Of a DNA stretch of 32,000 bases, positions 8,995 through 17,427 are shown piece after piece (positions within the stretch are counted from its first letter, which is position 1; every line of letters begins with the position of its first letter). The position numbers and the translations under genes were made by a program. Under the pieces are notes generated by a model. That model was not told the DNA's origin. It ran no database searches and worked only from the letters and a program-made list of their open reading frames with translations. The stretch is from Prochlorococcus marinus subsp. pastoris str. CCMP1986 (GTDB taxonomy: Bacteria; Cyanobacteriota; Cyanobacteriia; PCC-6307; Cyanobiaceae): NCBI RefSeq assembly GCF_000011465.1, contig NC_005072.1:1500001-1532000 (forward strand), written 5' to 3'.

Positions 8995-10362
8995 TTAAAT
9001 ATGATCTATATCTGCAATTGGGAAAAATACTGTCAAGCCAGTATCCCTTCTTTGTGTAACGTGACCTCCTAAACTCGCTAATAATTTTTGAGTTGCAACT
9101 TGACTTAATTGTAAACTTCCTGTTTGAGGATTCCAATTTAATACTGGACCAATATCAGAACCATTTTCTGTATTGAAAATTTCGTTTTTACCCGTATCAA
9201 ATTTTTTTACTTTTAATTGAAGTTTTAATTTTTGTCCCGCGGGCCTTAACTCTAAGATTAAAGTACTACCTTCTCTTAATCCTCTGGTATTTTTATCGAT
9301 TAGCCCTCTTAACATTAATTCTAGTTTTTCAGAATCACTCAAAATTTCGGGAAGTTGTTTAGGTATATCAGTTTCTATTGAAATCCCACGTCGCTTTAAT
9401 TGTTTACTCCAAACAGGTGATAATTTATAAAGAATTTCCCCTAAATTTATTCTTGCCAACTGATTGGGGGGGGAGTTATCGTTACTTACAAGTTCCGCAG
9501 CATTGAAAATAAGACCAAATCTATCTATTTGCTCATTACACTCATTATCAATTTGAATTAAACGGTTTCTCATTGATTCGTCCATATTATATTTCCTGAG
9601 AGTAGAGCTTATTAAAGTCCTTATAGTTGCTAAAGGAGTTCTGACTTCATGAGAAATTGCTTGTAATAACTTTGCCTCCGTTAATTGATCATTTTTATCA
9701 TCATTTTTAACTGCATTCTGAACACTTAATTTAGGAATTAAATTTGCCAACTTAATTGATAAACTGGGCCAAAAACTCTTGTCAAATTCATTATTAATAT
9801 TAAGATCTCCTAAATTTTTAATTGCATTACGAAAATTAATTGCCTCTTCAAAATTTTCTTGATTCAATTTTGCATCAATCAATTCAATTGCAGTTTTTAG
9901 GCTACTTTCATCGCATCTCATAAGTAAAGTTCTCTCGTCTTTTTCTCCTGCAATTGTTAAAAGACATTGAAAATTAGTAGTAATAATTATTAAAAAAGGT
10001 TCATAACCATCTTTAGTATTTAAATTTAAGACTTTGTAATTCCTAACAAAATTACTGTCTTCTTTAATTTTTATGGAATGATCTACTGGTAGGAAACCAG
10101 CATTATCCATCTGAAAATATGGAAAACCTTCTGGAGACCATAACCAACCTTGCATTTTTGCAAGACATTTTTTATCTGTGAGAGCAGGCAAAGGAGAAGC
10201 TACCCAAAATCCTCCTTCTTGAGTGTGGGAGAGGAACTCTTTTTGAATAACTTCTAAAGAAGCCCACCACATCCGTCTAGAAGTTTCATCATCAACATAT
10301 GAGGTATTTAATCCTTGCAGAAGTAAATCTTGAATTTTTTTTATAGTTATCAGAGATTTCAT
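8995..10362 (-). CDS. soluble sensor histidine kinase with divergent ATP-binding domain
   Basis: 455 aa. The H-box 'ISHEVRTPLATI' has its His codon at 9649-9651. I saw no hydrophobic transmembrane segments in the ~230-aa N-terminal domain. The C-terminal region has only weak N/G1/G2 box matches ('IDKNTRG', 'FDTGKN', 'TGSLQLS'). The start overlaps the upstream gene's stop as ATGA. Confidence 0.8.
   Translation of the reverse strand: MKSLITIKKIQDLLLQGLNTSYVDDETSRRMWWASLEVIQKEFLSHTQEGGFWVASPLPALTDKKCLAKMQGWLWSPEGFPYFQMDNAGFLPVDHSIKIKEDSNFVRNYKVLNLNTKDGYEPFLIIITTNFQCLLTIAGEKDERTLLMRCDESSLKTAIELIDAKLNQENFEEAINFRNAIKNLGDLNINNEFDKSFWPSLSIKLANLIPKLSVQNAVKNDDKNDQLTEAKLLQAISHEVRTPLATIRTLISSTLRKYNMDESMRNRLIQIDNECNEQIDRFGLIFNAAELVSNDNSPPNQLARINLGEILYKLSPVWSKQLKRRGISIETDIPKQLPEILSDSEKLELMLRGLIDKNTRGLREGSTLILELRPAGQKLKLQLKVKKFDTGKNEIFNTENGSDIGPVLNWNPQTGSLQLSQVATQKLLASLGGHVTQRRDTGLTVFFPIADIDHI
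9466..9473. repeat. G8 homopolymer (C8 on the coding strand) inside the histidine kinase gene
   Basis: Read directly ('tgattggggggggagtt'). It encodes Ser-Pro-Pro (TCC CCC CCC). Confidence 0.95.
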
Positions 10363-11630
10363 TGATTTCTTAATGATCTAGAGCGATTTAAAGTAGATAA
10401 TGCCAGACCAATGCATATAAAGTTAATCAATAAAGAAGTCCTACCATAACTCATAAAAGGTAGCGGAATGCCAGTTACTGGACCTAATCCAATAGTCATG
10501 AATAAGTTAATAATGATCTGAAATAAAAATGTTGACGCTATTCCAATAATTATTAATGACTCAAAAGGAGTTCTGGCATTTTCAGATACCTTTACAAGAC
10601 GACCAATCAAAACAAAAAACAAAAAAAGAACCAGAATGCATCCTAAAAAACCTAATTCTTCCCCTAACGCACTAAAGATAAAATCTGTATGTTGTTCAGG
10701 TATAAATTGTAAATTTGTAAGTTTACCATTTAATAAACCAGTCCCAAGAAGACCTCCAGAACCTATTGCTATTTTACTTTGCAATAAATGATATCCTCCT
10801 CCTAAAGGGTCCCTACTAGGATCTAGGAACAGAACTAATCTATCTTTTTGATAATCTTTTAAGCCAAATTCCCAAATAAAAGGTGTCAACTTTATAACTA
10901 ATGAATGAAGAGCTAATGTAAACATCGAGAAGATGATTTTCTTTTGCGAGGACCTATAGGCTAAGTAACCCATAAAAGGAAGCCAGACAATAAGCAAGTT
11001 TGGAGAAATTAAATAAAATAGAGAGGTAAAAATACAACAAACCAAAATGAGAAACCATTCTATCGGCATTTGGGACCAATAAAGCATTCCAAAAGTCAAT
11101 ACTATTAAAACTAGAGAAGTCCCTAAATCAGGTTGAAAAAATATTAATAACCAGGGAATGACTACAATTAAAAAAGGTAATATTAGATCTTTTATCGAAG
11201 AAATAGACTTCCTTTCTAGAACTAAAGCAAGAGTTAATATAGTACTCAATTTCGCGACTTCAGAAGGTTGAAAAGAAAAAATCCCCAAGCTCAACCATCT
11301 TTGAGCACCATAAATTGAAATCCCAAAAAAATAGATGAAAATTAATGAAAGTAAAGAGCAAAAATAGAATGGAATCAAATATTTTTTAATTCTCTCTATT
11401 GGTATATATGAAATAAAAATAGCTAAAAAATATCCTAATAAGCCTGTGAAAAGATGATTTAAAAAATCTGATTGTAAAAATTCTCTTTGTACACTTTTTA
11501 TTAAAATACTTGAAATAAAAACTAACGCTAAAGGGATAACTAGTAAAGGTGAAAAAATAATTTTTCGATTAATTTTATGTTTTTTTTCAAAAAATCTCTT
11601 TTTCTTTTTTAAAGAAATTTCCTTAAACAT
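10359..11630 (-). CDS. SEDS-family peptidoglycan glycosyltransferase (FtsW/RodA)
   Basis: 423 aa polytopic membrane protein with family motifs 'PSEVAKL', 'QPDLGT', 'PEQHTDFIF' and 'GIPLPFMSYGRTSLL'. I cannot separate FtsW from RodA by eye. Confidence 0.85.
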   Translation of the reverse strand: MFKEISLKKKKRFFEKKHKINRKIIFSPLLVIPLALVFISSILIKSVQREFLQSDFLNHLFTGLLGYFLAIFISYIPIERIKKYLIPFYFCSLLSLIFIYFFGISIYGAQRWLSLGIFSFQPSEVAKLSTILTLALVLERKSISSIKDLILPFLIVVIPWLLIFFQPDLGTSLVLIVLTFGMLYWSQMPIEWFLILVCCIFTSLFYLISPNLLIVWLPFMGYLAYRSSQKKIIFSMFTLALHSLVIKLTPFIWEFGLKDYQKDRLVLFLDPSRDPLGGGYHLLQSKIAIGSGGLLGTGLLNGKLTNLQFIPEQHTDFIFSALGEELGFLGCILVLFLFFVLIGRLVKVSENARTPFESLIIIGIASTFLFQIIINLFMTIGLGPVTGIPLPFMSYGRTSLLINFICIGLALSTLNRSRSLRNQ

Positions 11631-11635
11631 TAATA

Positions 11636-12703
11636 CTAATTAATAAATTGTTTTTTAATCAATTGAGCTAACTCTTTAAATCTAATTGAACTTTCTTTAT
11701 CTGGTTCACTTATTGAAATTGGAACACCCTTATTACTATCATTGACAAGTTCTATTTCGATAGGAATTTGAGCAAGTAATGGTAAATTATTTTCCCCAGC
11801 TAAGATTTTCCCGCCACCTTTACCAAAAATTTCATATTTTTTATTAGGCATATCTGGTGGAATAAAAACAGACATATTTTCTACAACACCCAATAGTGGA
11901 ACACCAAGTTGCTTAAACATTGCCAACCCTCTTCTTGCATCTTGCAAAGATACCTTTTGAGGCGTCGTTACAACAATTGCACCAGAAATAGGAACAGATT
12001 GAGATAAAGATATTTGAGCATCTCCTGTACCTGGAGGTAAGTCAATAACTAAGAAGTCAAGATTATTCCATTCAACTTGATAAAGAAATTGCTTTATTAT
12101 GCTATTTAACATTGGTCCTCTCCATATTACTGGTTGTCCTTCTTCTATCAAAAAACCCATTGAGACTAATGAGATACCATATTTATTAATTGGAATTAAT
12201 CTTTGATCATTACCGCTACCATCAGTTACTTTTGGATTTTCTTCGGTAACTCCCAGCATTGAAGGAGTATTAGGCCCATAAATATCAGCATCTAATAAAC
12301 CAGTTTTTAAACCTAATTTAGCTAACGAGCATGCGATATTAACTGCAATTGTACTTTTACCGACACCCCCCTTACCACTACTTATAGCGATAATATGTTT
12401 TATGCCTTTAATGTTCTTCAACTCAGGAAAATTATTTTCGCTTGTAGAATTCGATTGAGATACTTTATTGTCAATTTCTATTTGTACATCATTAACATCC
12501 TCAAATTTAAGGAGTATATTTTTAACCTCTTTTACTATTCGCTCTCTCTGAGAATTTGCAAATGAAGGTAAGGATAGTGTGATTATTATTCTGGGTAAAA
12601 TTACTCTAACATTCTTAATCCAGGCAAGTTCAATAAGATTTTTCTTTGATCCAGAATCTAGAATCTTTGATAATGAATAATTCGCATCTTCGACTGTAGT
12701 CAT
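11636..12703 (-). CDS. mrp: Mrp/ApbC/NBP35-family Fe-S cluster carrier ATPase
   Basis: It has the deviant Walker A 'SGKGGVGKST', 'DLPPGTGD', and an N-terminal DUF59-like domain. The ORF track starts at TTG 12704-12706, but the very next codon is ATG (12701-12703), which I prefer. Confidence 0.9.
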   Translation of the reverse strand: MTTVEDANYSLSKILDSGSKKNLIELAWIKNVRVILPRIIITLSLPSFANSQRERIVKEVKNILLKFEDVNDVQIEIDNKVSQSNSTSENNFPELKNIKGIKHIIAISSGKGGVGKSTIAVNIACSLAKLGLKTGLLDADIYGPNTPSMLGVTEENPKVTDGSGNDQRLIPINKYGISLVSMGFLIEEGQPVIWRGPMLNSIIKQFLYQVEWNNLDFLVIDLPPGTGDAQISLSQSVPISGAIVVTTPQKVSLQDARRGLAMFKQLGVPLLGVVENMSVFIPPDMPNKKYEIFGKGGGKILAGENNLPLLAQIPIEIELVNDSNKGVPISISEPDKESSIRFKELAQLIKKQFIN

Positions 12704-12864
12704 CAAAATTTTTAAATGTTTTTATAGGTTAGTCGACTCTTTAAAAGATTAAGAACTATGTCGAACTATCGAATAATAAGAAATTACCACCCCCTTAAAC
12801 GAAATTATAAAGGGAAACTACTAATTAACCAAAAATTTTATTCTTCAAATATCAAGTTAAATAA

Positions 12865-13893
12865 ATGTCTAAAGAACCACCTAAGAATTCAAGAGAAAAA
12901 ACGAAGAATCTCTTACTCAAGTTACAAGATAATATTTGCAAAGGCCTGGAAAATATTGATGGAAAAGCTAAATTTACTGAAGAATCTTGGCTCAGAGAAG
13001 AAGGTGGAGGGGGAAAGTCAAGAGTTTTAAAAAACGGCTCAATTTTTGAGCAAGCTGGAGTGAATTTCTCAGAAGTACATGGGAAAGAACTACCTCAATC
13101 GATAATCTCACAAAGACCGGAAGCTAAAGGCCATAAATGGTTTGCTACGGGCACTTCGATGGTCTTACACCCTAAAAATCCATTTATACCTACAGTACAT
13201 CTTAATTATCGTTATTTTGAAGCAGGACCAGTTTGGTGGTTTGGTGGAGGTGCAGACCTAACGCCATATTATCCATATTTAACTGACGTAAGAAATTTTC
13301 ATAAAGAACATTGTAATGCCTGTGAAAAAGTGAATAAAAATCTCCACAAGGTATTTAAGCCATGGTGTGATGAATATTTCTTTTTAAAACATAGAAATGA
13401 ATCTAGAGGTATTGGAGGCATCTTTTATGATTATCAAGATGGTTCTGGCAGAATTTATAAAGGTAATAATAAAGAGAGTAAGGCCTACAAAGAATCTATT
13501 AATATTGGAGAATTAAACTTAAATTGGAATAATTTATTTTCATTAGCAGAAAATTGCGGTGGAGCATTCTTAGATTCGTATCAGCCAATAATTGAAAAGA
13601 GAGTTAACCAAAACTACACAAAAGAGCAGAGAGAATTTCAACTATATAGACGAGGAAGATACGTTGAATTCAATTTGGTTTGGGACAGAGGAACAATTTT
13701 TGGATTACAAACAAATGGTAGAACTGAATCTATATTAATGTCATTACCACCATTGGCTAGATGGGAATATGGGTATAAAGCCAAAAAAGGCTCAAGAGAA
13801 GATTATCTTACAAAAATTTTCACAAAACCTCAGGATTGGCAAAATGATAAAATTTTAGAAAAATTTTGTAAGGAAAATAATATTTTTGATTAA
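12865..13893 (+). CDS. hemF: oxygen-dependent coproporphyrinogen III oxidase
   Basis: 342 aa containing 'EGGGGKSRV', '[13 protein letters not shown]' and '[35 protein letters not shown]'. Confidence 0.95.
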   Translation: MSKEPPKNSREKTKNLLLKLQDNICKGLENIDGKAKFTEESWLREEGGGGKSRVLKNGSIFEQAGVNFSEVHGKELPQSIISQRPEAKGHKWFATGTSMVLHPKNPFIPTVHLNYRYFEAGPVWWFGGGADLTPYYPYLTDVRNFHKEHCNACEKVNKNLHKVFKPWCDEYFFLKHRNESRGIGGIFYDYQDGSGRIYKGNNKESKAYKESINIGELNLNWNNLFSLAENCGGAFLDSYQPIIEKRVNQNYTKEQREFQLYRRGRYVEFNLVWDRGTIFGLQTNGRTESILMSLPPLARWEYGYKAKKGSREDYLTKIFTKPQDWQNDKILEKFCKENNIFD

Positions 13894-13922
13894 ATTGCTT
13901 GAAACCAATTAAGAAAATTTGA

Positions 13923-14483
13923 CTAAATTGGTGTTTTGAACAAAGAACCATCACTTTTTAATTTGAGCCTATCTCTTAATTCATTTTCTAAAGATATTAA
14001 TTCATCTCTATGAGCTCTTAATCTTATTAACGTCATTTCTTCATTATCTTCACTACTTATCAATCTCAATTCAAATTTTTCTTCCCTAGCTGATTTCCTA
14101 AAATAAATCATTCCTGATAAAGGTCCTCCAATTAGACCTAAAAGAATAGGCCACCATCCCAAAGTTGGATAAATTTGAATAATTACTAACCCTAGAGCAC
14201 AGGATCCTAACCCACCAAGCAAACCTAAAAAAATTGCTAAAAATTTGCTAGATACAACTTGGCCTTTAAATATTAAAATTCTTTGATCAAAATCTCCACC
14301 TGTCTGGTTCCAACCTCTTAGATTAAGCCATTCGTACATAACTTTTAAAACTTCTATAGGTTTTTGACAGGAAGTTATTTCAACTATTGTCGTTCTATCT
14401 TTACTTGAAGCTCTTAGGAAAAAAAATAAACCTATTGCAAGAAGAATTGTAAGTAATAATGTTGAATTAAGAGAATAAGTCAT
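13923..14483 (-). CDS. conserved cyanobacterial membrane protein (possibly CCB1/DUF3529-like; function uncertain)
   Basis: 186 aa with an ATG start. It has an N-terminal TM helix followed by 'FFLRASSKDRT' and two further hydrophobic helices. The family assignment is from memory only. Confidence 0.5.
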   Translation of the reverse strand: MTYSLNSTLLLTILLAIGLFFFLRASSKDRTTIVEITSCQKPIEVLKVMYEWLNLRGWNQTGGDFDQRILIFKGQVVSSKFLAIFLGLLGGLGSCALGLVIIQIYPTLGWWPILLGLIGGPLSGMIYFRKSAREEKFELRLISSEDNEEMTLIRLRAHRDELISLENELRDRLKLKSDGSLFKTPI

Positions 14484-14651
14484 TTATACACATCTAATAA
14501 TATTCACTATTTTGTCTAATAAGAAATTCATCATAATATAAATTTAAATTTTTTATGATTAAAAATTTACTTTAAATCCTTAGAAAAAATTTAATCACAA
14601 ACTTAAAAAATAATGTAAAGTAAAAATTGAAATAAATTATCGTTAATACTT

Positions 14652-15293
14652 ATGAATAATGGTGAAAAAAATAAAAAAATAAATTTTTCCCATAATGATA
14701 TTAATACTGATTTATATAATCTTTACAAGGACTCATCTTATTTAGCTGTAGATACTGAGGCAATGGGATTGATCCATGGAAGAGATAGGCTTTGTTTAAT
14801 ACAAATATGTAATGAATTAAATTTGACTGCATGCATAAAAATAGAACTTAACAACTCAGATTCACCCAATATAAAAAAATTATTTGAAGATAAAAACATA
14901 ATGAAAATATTTCATTATGCCAGATTTGATGTGGCAGCTCTAAGATGTAATCTTGAAATTAATACAAGAAATATTTTCTGTACAAAAATAGCCAGTAAAT
15001 TAGCAAGGACTTACACAAATAAACATGGCTTAAAAGATTTAATCAATGAATTACTAGAAGTAGAATTAGATAAAAGTTCGCAAAGTAGTGATTGGGGAAG
15101 CTTGGAAGATTTATCTAATAAGCAAATTGATTATGCTGCCAACGACGTTAGATATTTAATTGAGACAATGCACAAATTAAAGCTGATTCTTGATAGAGAA
15201 GGAAGATATGAGTTGGCTCAAAAATGTTTTAAGACTATTCCAGTTCATTCTGAATTAGATATATTAAAATTCTCGAATATATTTGAACATTAA
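14652..15293 (+). CDS. rnd: 3'-5' exonuclease, RNase D-like (DEDDy)
   Basis: 213 aa. Exo motifs are 'AVDTEAMGL' (ExoI), 'KIFHYARFDVAAL' (ExoII) and 'YAANDVRYL' (ExoIII with Tyr). Confidence 0.8.
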   Translation: MNNGEKNKKINFSHNDINTDLYNLYKDSSYLAVDTEAMGLIHGRDRLCLIQICNELNLTACIKIELNNSDSPNIKKLFEDKNIMKIFHYARFDVAALRCNLEINTRNIFCTKIASKLARTYTNKHGLKDLINELLEVELDKSSQSSDWGSLEDLSNKQIDYAANDVRYLIETMHKLKLILDREGRYELAQKCFKTIPVHSELDILKFSNIFEH

Positions 15294-15560
15294 TTAATCT
15301 TCAGTTATAAAATTATCCTCATTTTCTAGAGTCGACATAAGTTTATCTAGTATTTTAGATGAACTTAGTTTTTTTCTATTATCATTTTCACATGTTTTCA
15401 AAAGATCTTGTGCAACTTGTCTTTTTTCTTCAATAGTTTTAGAACCTTTTTTTGCAATTTGAATTTCTACTTTTTTTTTGGCTGAGGACAAACTTACACT
15501 GAGTAACTTAGCTATCTCAGAGCATATTGCTATATATTGACGATCATTAATAGGATACAT
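15294..15560 (-). CDS. hypothetical protein (88 aa)
   Basis: Clean ATG-started ORF filling the gap between rnd and the next gene. It is charged and helical-looking, with no recognisable motif. Confidence 0.4.
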   Translation of the reverse strand: MYPINDRQYIAICSEIAKLLSVSLSSAKKKVEIQIAKKGSKTIEEKRQVAQDLLKTCENDNRKKLSSSKILDKLMSTLENEDNFITED

Positions 15561-15593
15561 AAAAATTTATAAAACCTTTTAAATATTACTTGA

Positions 15594-16856
15594 TCAAGTT
15601 AACAAATTTAAATTTATATGATCCACAATTTTTTTACTAGCCCCCCTTTTACCCATTCTTTTCATTCCGATTTTTACTTGTTTTAATCTGTAATCTTTTT
15701 TATTTAGTAAAACCTCTAAATTATCAATAAGAGTTTTTTTATTATCACAAACTAATACACTTCCTCCTAATAATCTAGACTGTCTTTTTGCAAATGATTT
15801 TGTGAATTGAGGGCCAGCGCCTGGAATAGAAATAGAGGGTATACCAAGGCCAGTTATTTGTTCTGTAGCAGTGCCTGCATTTGACAATCCAACACAGGCC
15901 ATATTAGCCCACTGATTAAAAGTACTTTTGCCTAACAAAATATATTTATCTTTATTTTTCCAAACTGAATCTTCACCAACCAAAAAATTCACATTATTTT
16001 CTTCCAAATAACCATTATGAGATAGGTGACGCTTAATCGTAAAAACATTTGCATTAATACTTAGAGGCAAAAGAATAATCAAATCATTTGATATTTTTAC
16101 ATCTTCTAAACATTTTAAAAAAATATCAAGATTATTTAGAGCCTCAGGGAATCGACTTCCTATTATTAAAATTAACCTATTAAACATAATAATATTAGAA
16201 ATATTTTCATTTTTTGTATCTACAAAATCCATCATTGGGTTCCCAAAATATTTAGCACTAATCTTTTTTTTATTTAAATTATTTGCTGTAATTTCATCTC
16301 TCATTATTAAACTTTTACATCTAGGAGACCTCATTATAAAAATTTCCCAAGGGTCCCATTCAGAGCCTTTAATTTTATGATAAAAATCACTCAATGCCCA
16401 TCCAGGTCCGTTACTCCATGTATGATCACTTTTAGGCATGCCGAGAAAACTAAATTCGCATTTTGAGATCCACGCAAAAAATAAAGGCAACAAATCACCC
16501 ACGGCAATAATTTTATAATTATCTTTTGACTTGCCTCTTACAATTAAAAAGTTTTTAAAAGCATCTACTAAAAACCCTGCAAAAAAATCAAGAATAAATC
16601 CTTTTAAGCTTTGATTACTAAAACCTCCGCTTGGTAATTCCTTGAGATAACCAATTTTGCTAAAATTCTTGGATTTTATGCAGTCAAAAATCTTACCATT
16701 GCCAACCAATGGCATAACTTCAACTTTTTTAATTTTTATTTTTTTTAAGAATCTTTTTATTATTTCTAATGCGATAACATCTTCCCCATGTCCATTACAT
16801 ATAATTAATACAGAATGAGACGCGATACTGGTAGGATCATTATGTGATTGAATCAT
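15594..16856 (-). CDS. lipid-A-disaccharide synthase-related glycosyltransferase (TIGR03492-like)
   Basis: The N-terminal 'VLIICNGHGEDVIA' and C-terminal 'SNAGTATEQITGLGIPSISIPGAGPQFT' resemble the cyanobacterial LpxB-related family. The track ORF extends to 17012, but residues 1-52 are antisense to tRNA-Cys. I therefore start at Met53 (ATG 16854-16856), giving 420 aa. Confidence 0.6.
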   Translation of the reverse strand: MIQSHNDPTSIASHSVLIICNGHGEDVIALEIIKRFLKKIKIKKVEVMPLVGNGKIFDCIKSKNFSKIGYLKELPSGGFSNQSLKGFILDFFAGFLVDAFKNFLIVRGKSKDNYKIIAVGDLLPLFFAWISKCEFSFLGMPKSDHTWSNGPGWALSDFYHKIKGSEWDPWEIFIMRSPRCKSLIMRDEITANNLNKKKISAKYFGNPMMDFVDTKNENISNIIMFNRLILIIGSRFPEALNNLDIFLKCLEDVKISNDLIILLPLSINANVFTIKRHLSHNGYLEENNVNFLVGEDSVWKNKDKYILLGKSTFNQWANMACVGLSNAGTATEQITGLGIPSISIPGAGPQFTKSFAKRQSRLLGGSVLVCDNKKTLIDNLEVLLNKKDYRLKQVKIGMKRMGKRGASKKIVDHINLNLLT

Positions 16857-16865
16857 TTCTCTATC

Positions 16866-16936
16866 GGCGGCATGGCCAAGTGGTAAGGCAGAGGATTGCA
16901 AATCCTTTATCCCCAGTTCGAATCTGGGTGCCGCCT
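16866..16936 (+). tRNA. tRNA-Cys (anticodon GCA)
   Basis: Hand-folded: acceptor GGCGGCA/TGCCGCC, anticodon arm GAGGA-TTGCAAA-TCCTT, T-arm CCCAG-TTCGAAT-CTGGG. The discriminator is U, the Cys identity element. It is 71 nt and followed by a T5 run. Confidence 0.95.
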
Positions 16937-17079
16937 TTTTCAAATCAGTGATAATATCCGCTATAAAGCTTTCAAAGAAATGAAGTTTTTCGTAGCGATT
17001 TTCGTATTTCAATTTCTTCAGGCTGAATTTTATGGAAGATAAGTTACTTGATAAATTATCGGGTTTTATGAACCTATTT

Positions 17080-17101
17080 TTATTATCCCATTATTATCCC
17101 A
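17080..17101. repeat. perfect tandem duplication of an 11-bp unit (TTATTATCCCA x2)
   Basis: Read directly: 17080-17090 equals 17091-17101, in the 313-bp non-coding stretch between tRNA-Cys and the Cys4 mini-protein gene. Confidence 0.9.
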
Positions 17102-17249
17102 TTGAGAAAGCTATCAAGTCATAAAGAAATATCGACTGTAGATTCTAGGATAATAAAAGTATTATTTTTTTATTCTTTCAGAAGATGATTAAAAAATTAA
17201 ATAAGCTAAAAAAGAGAATCTAGTAATCATTTTTTTTACATTAATCTTT

Positions 17250-17411
17250 CTAATAGTCATTATCCGCAACACATATACCTAAACAACGTATACCATTCGA
17301 AGCAGTCCTTTTACAGTGATTACACAAAATCTTTTCTTTATCTAAAGAAACTCGAGATTCTTTTTTGGTTTTATCACTTATCGAGTTATGGTTAAGCTCA
17401 CAAGCTTCCAT
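17250..17411 (-). CDS. small Cys4 (zinc-ribbon-like) protein, 53 aa
   Basis: The sequence is MEACELNH...CNHCKRTASNGIRCLGICVADNDY, with pattern C-X2-C-X9-C-X3-C. The track ORF begins at TTG 17447 and would overlap the upstream gene. The ATG at 17409-17411 avoids that overlap. Confidence 0.45.
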   Translation of the reverse strand: MEACELNHNSISDKTKKESRVSLDKEKILCNHCKRTASNGIRCLGICVADNDY

Positions 17412-17427
17412 TATCTTATATTTGTTT

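Noticed and set aside
12758-13030. 90-aa ORF overlapping the 5' end of hemF
   Set aside because: It is out of frame with a strongly supported hemF and has a Lys/Asn/Ile-rich low-complexity translation, as expected from AT-rich sequence. No motif was seen.
16857-17012. 52-codon N-terminal extension of the LpxB-related ORF
   Set aside because: It runs antisense across the complete tRNA-Cys gene. The family-typical N-terminus ('IICNGHGED') begins shortly after the internal Met at 16856.
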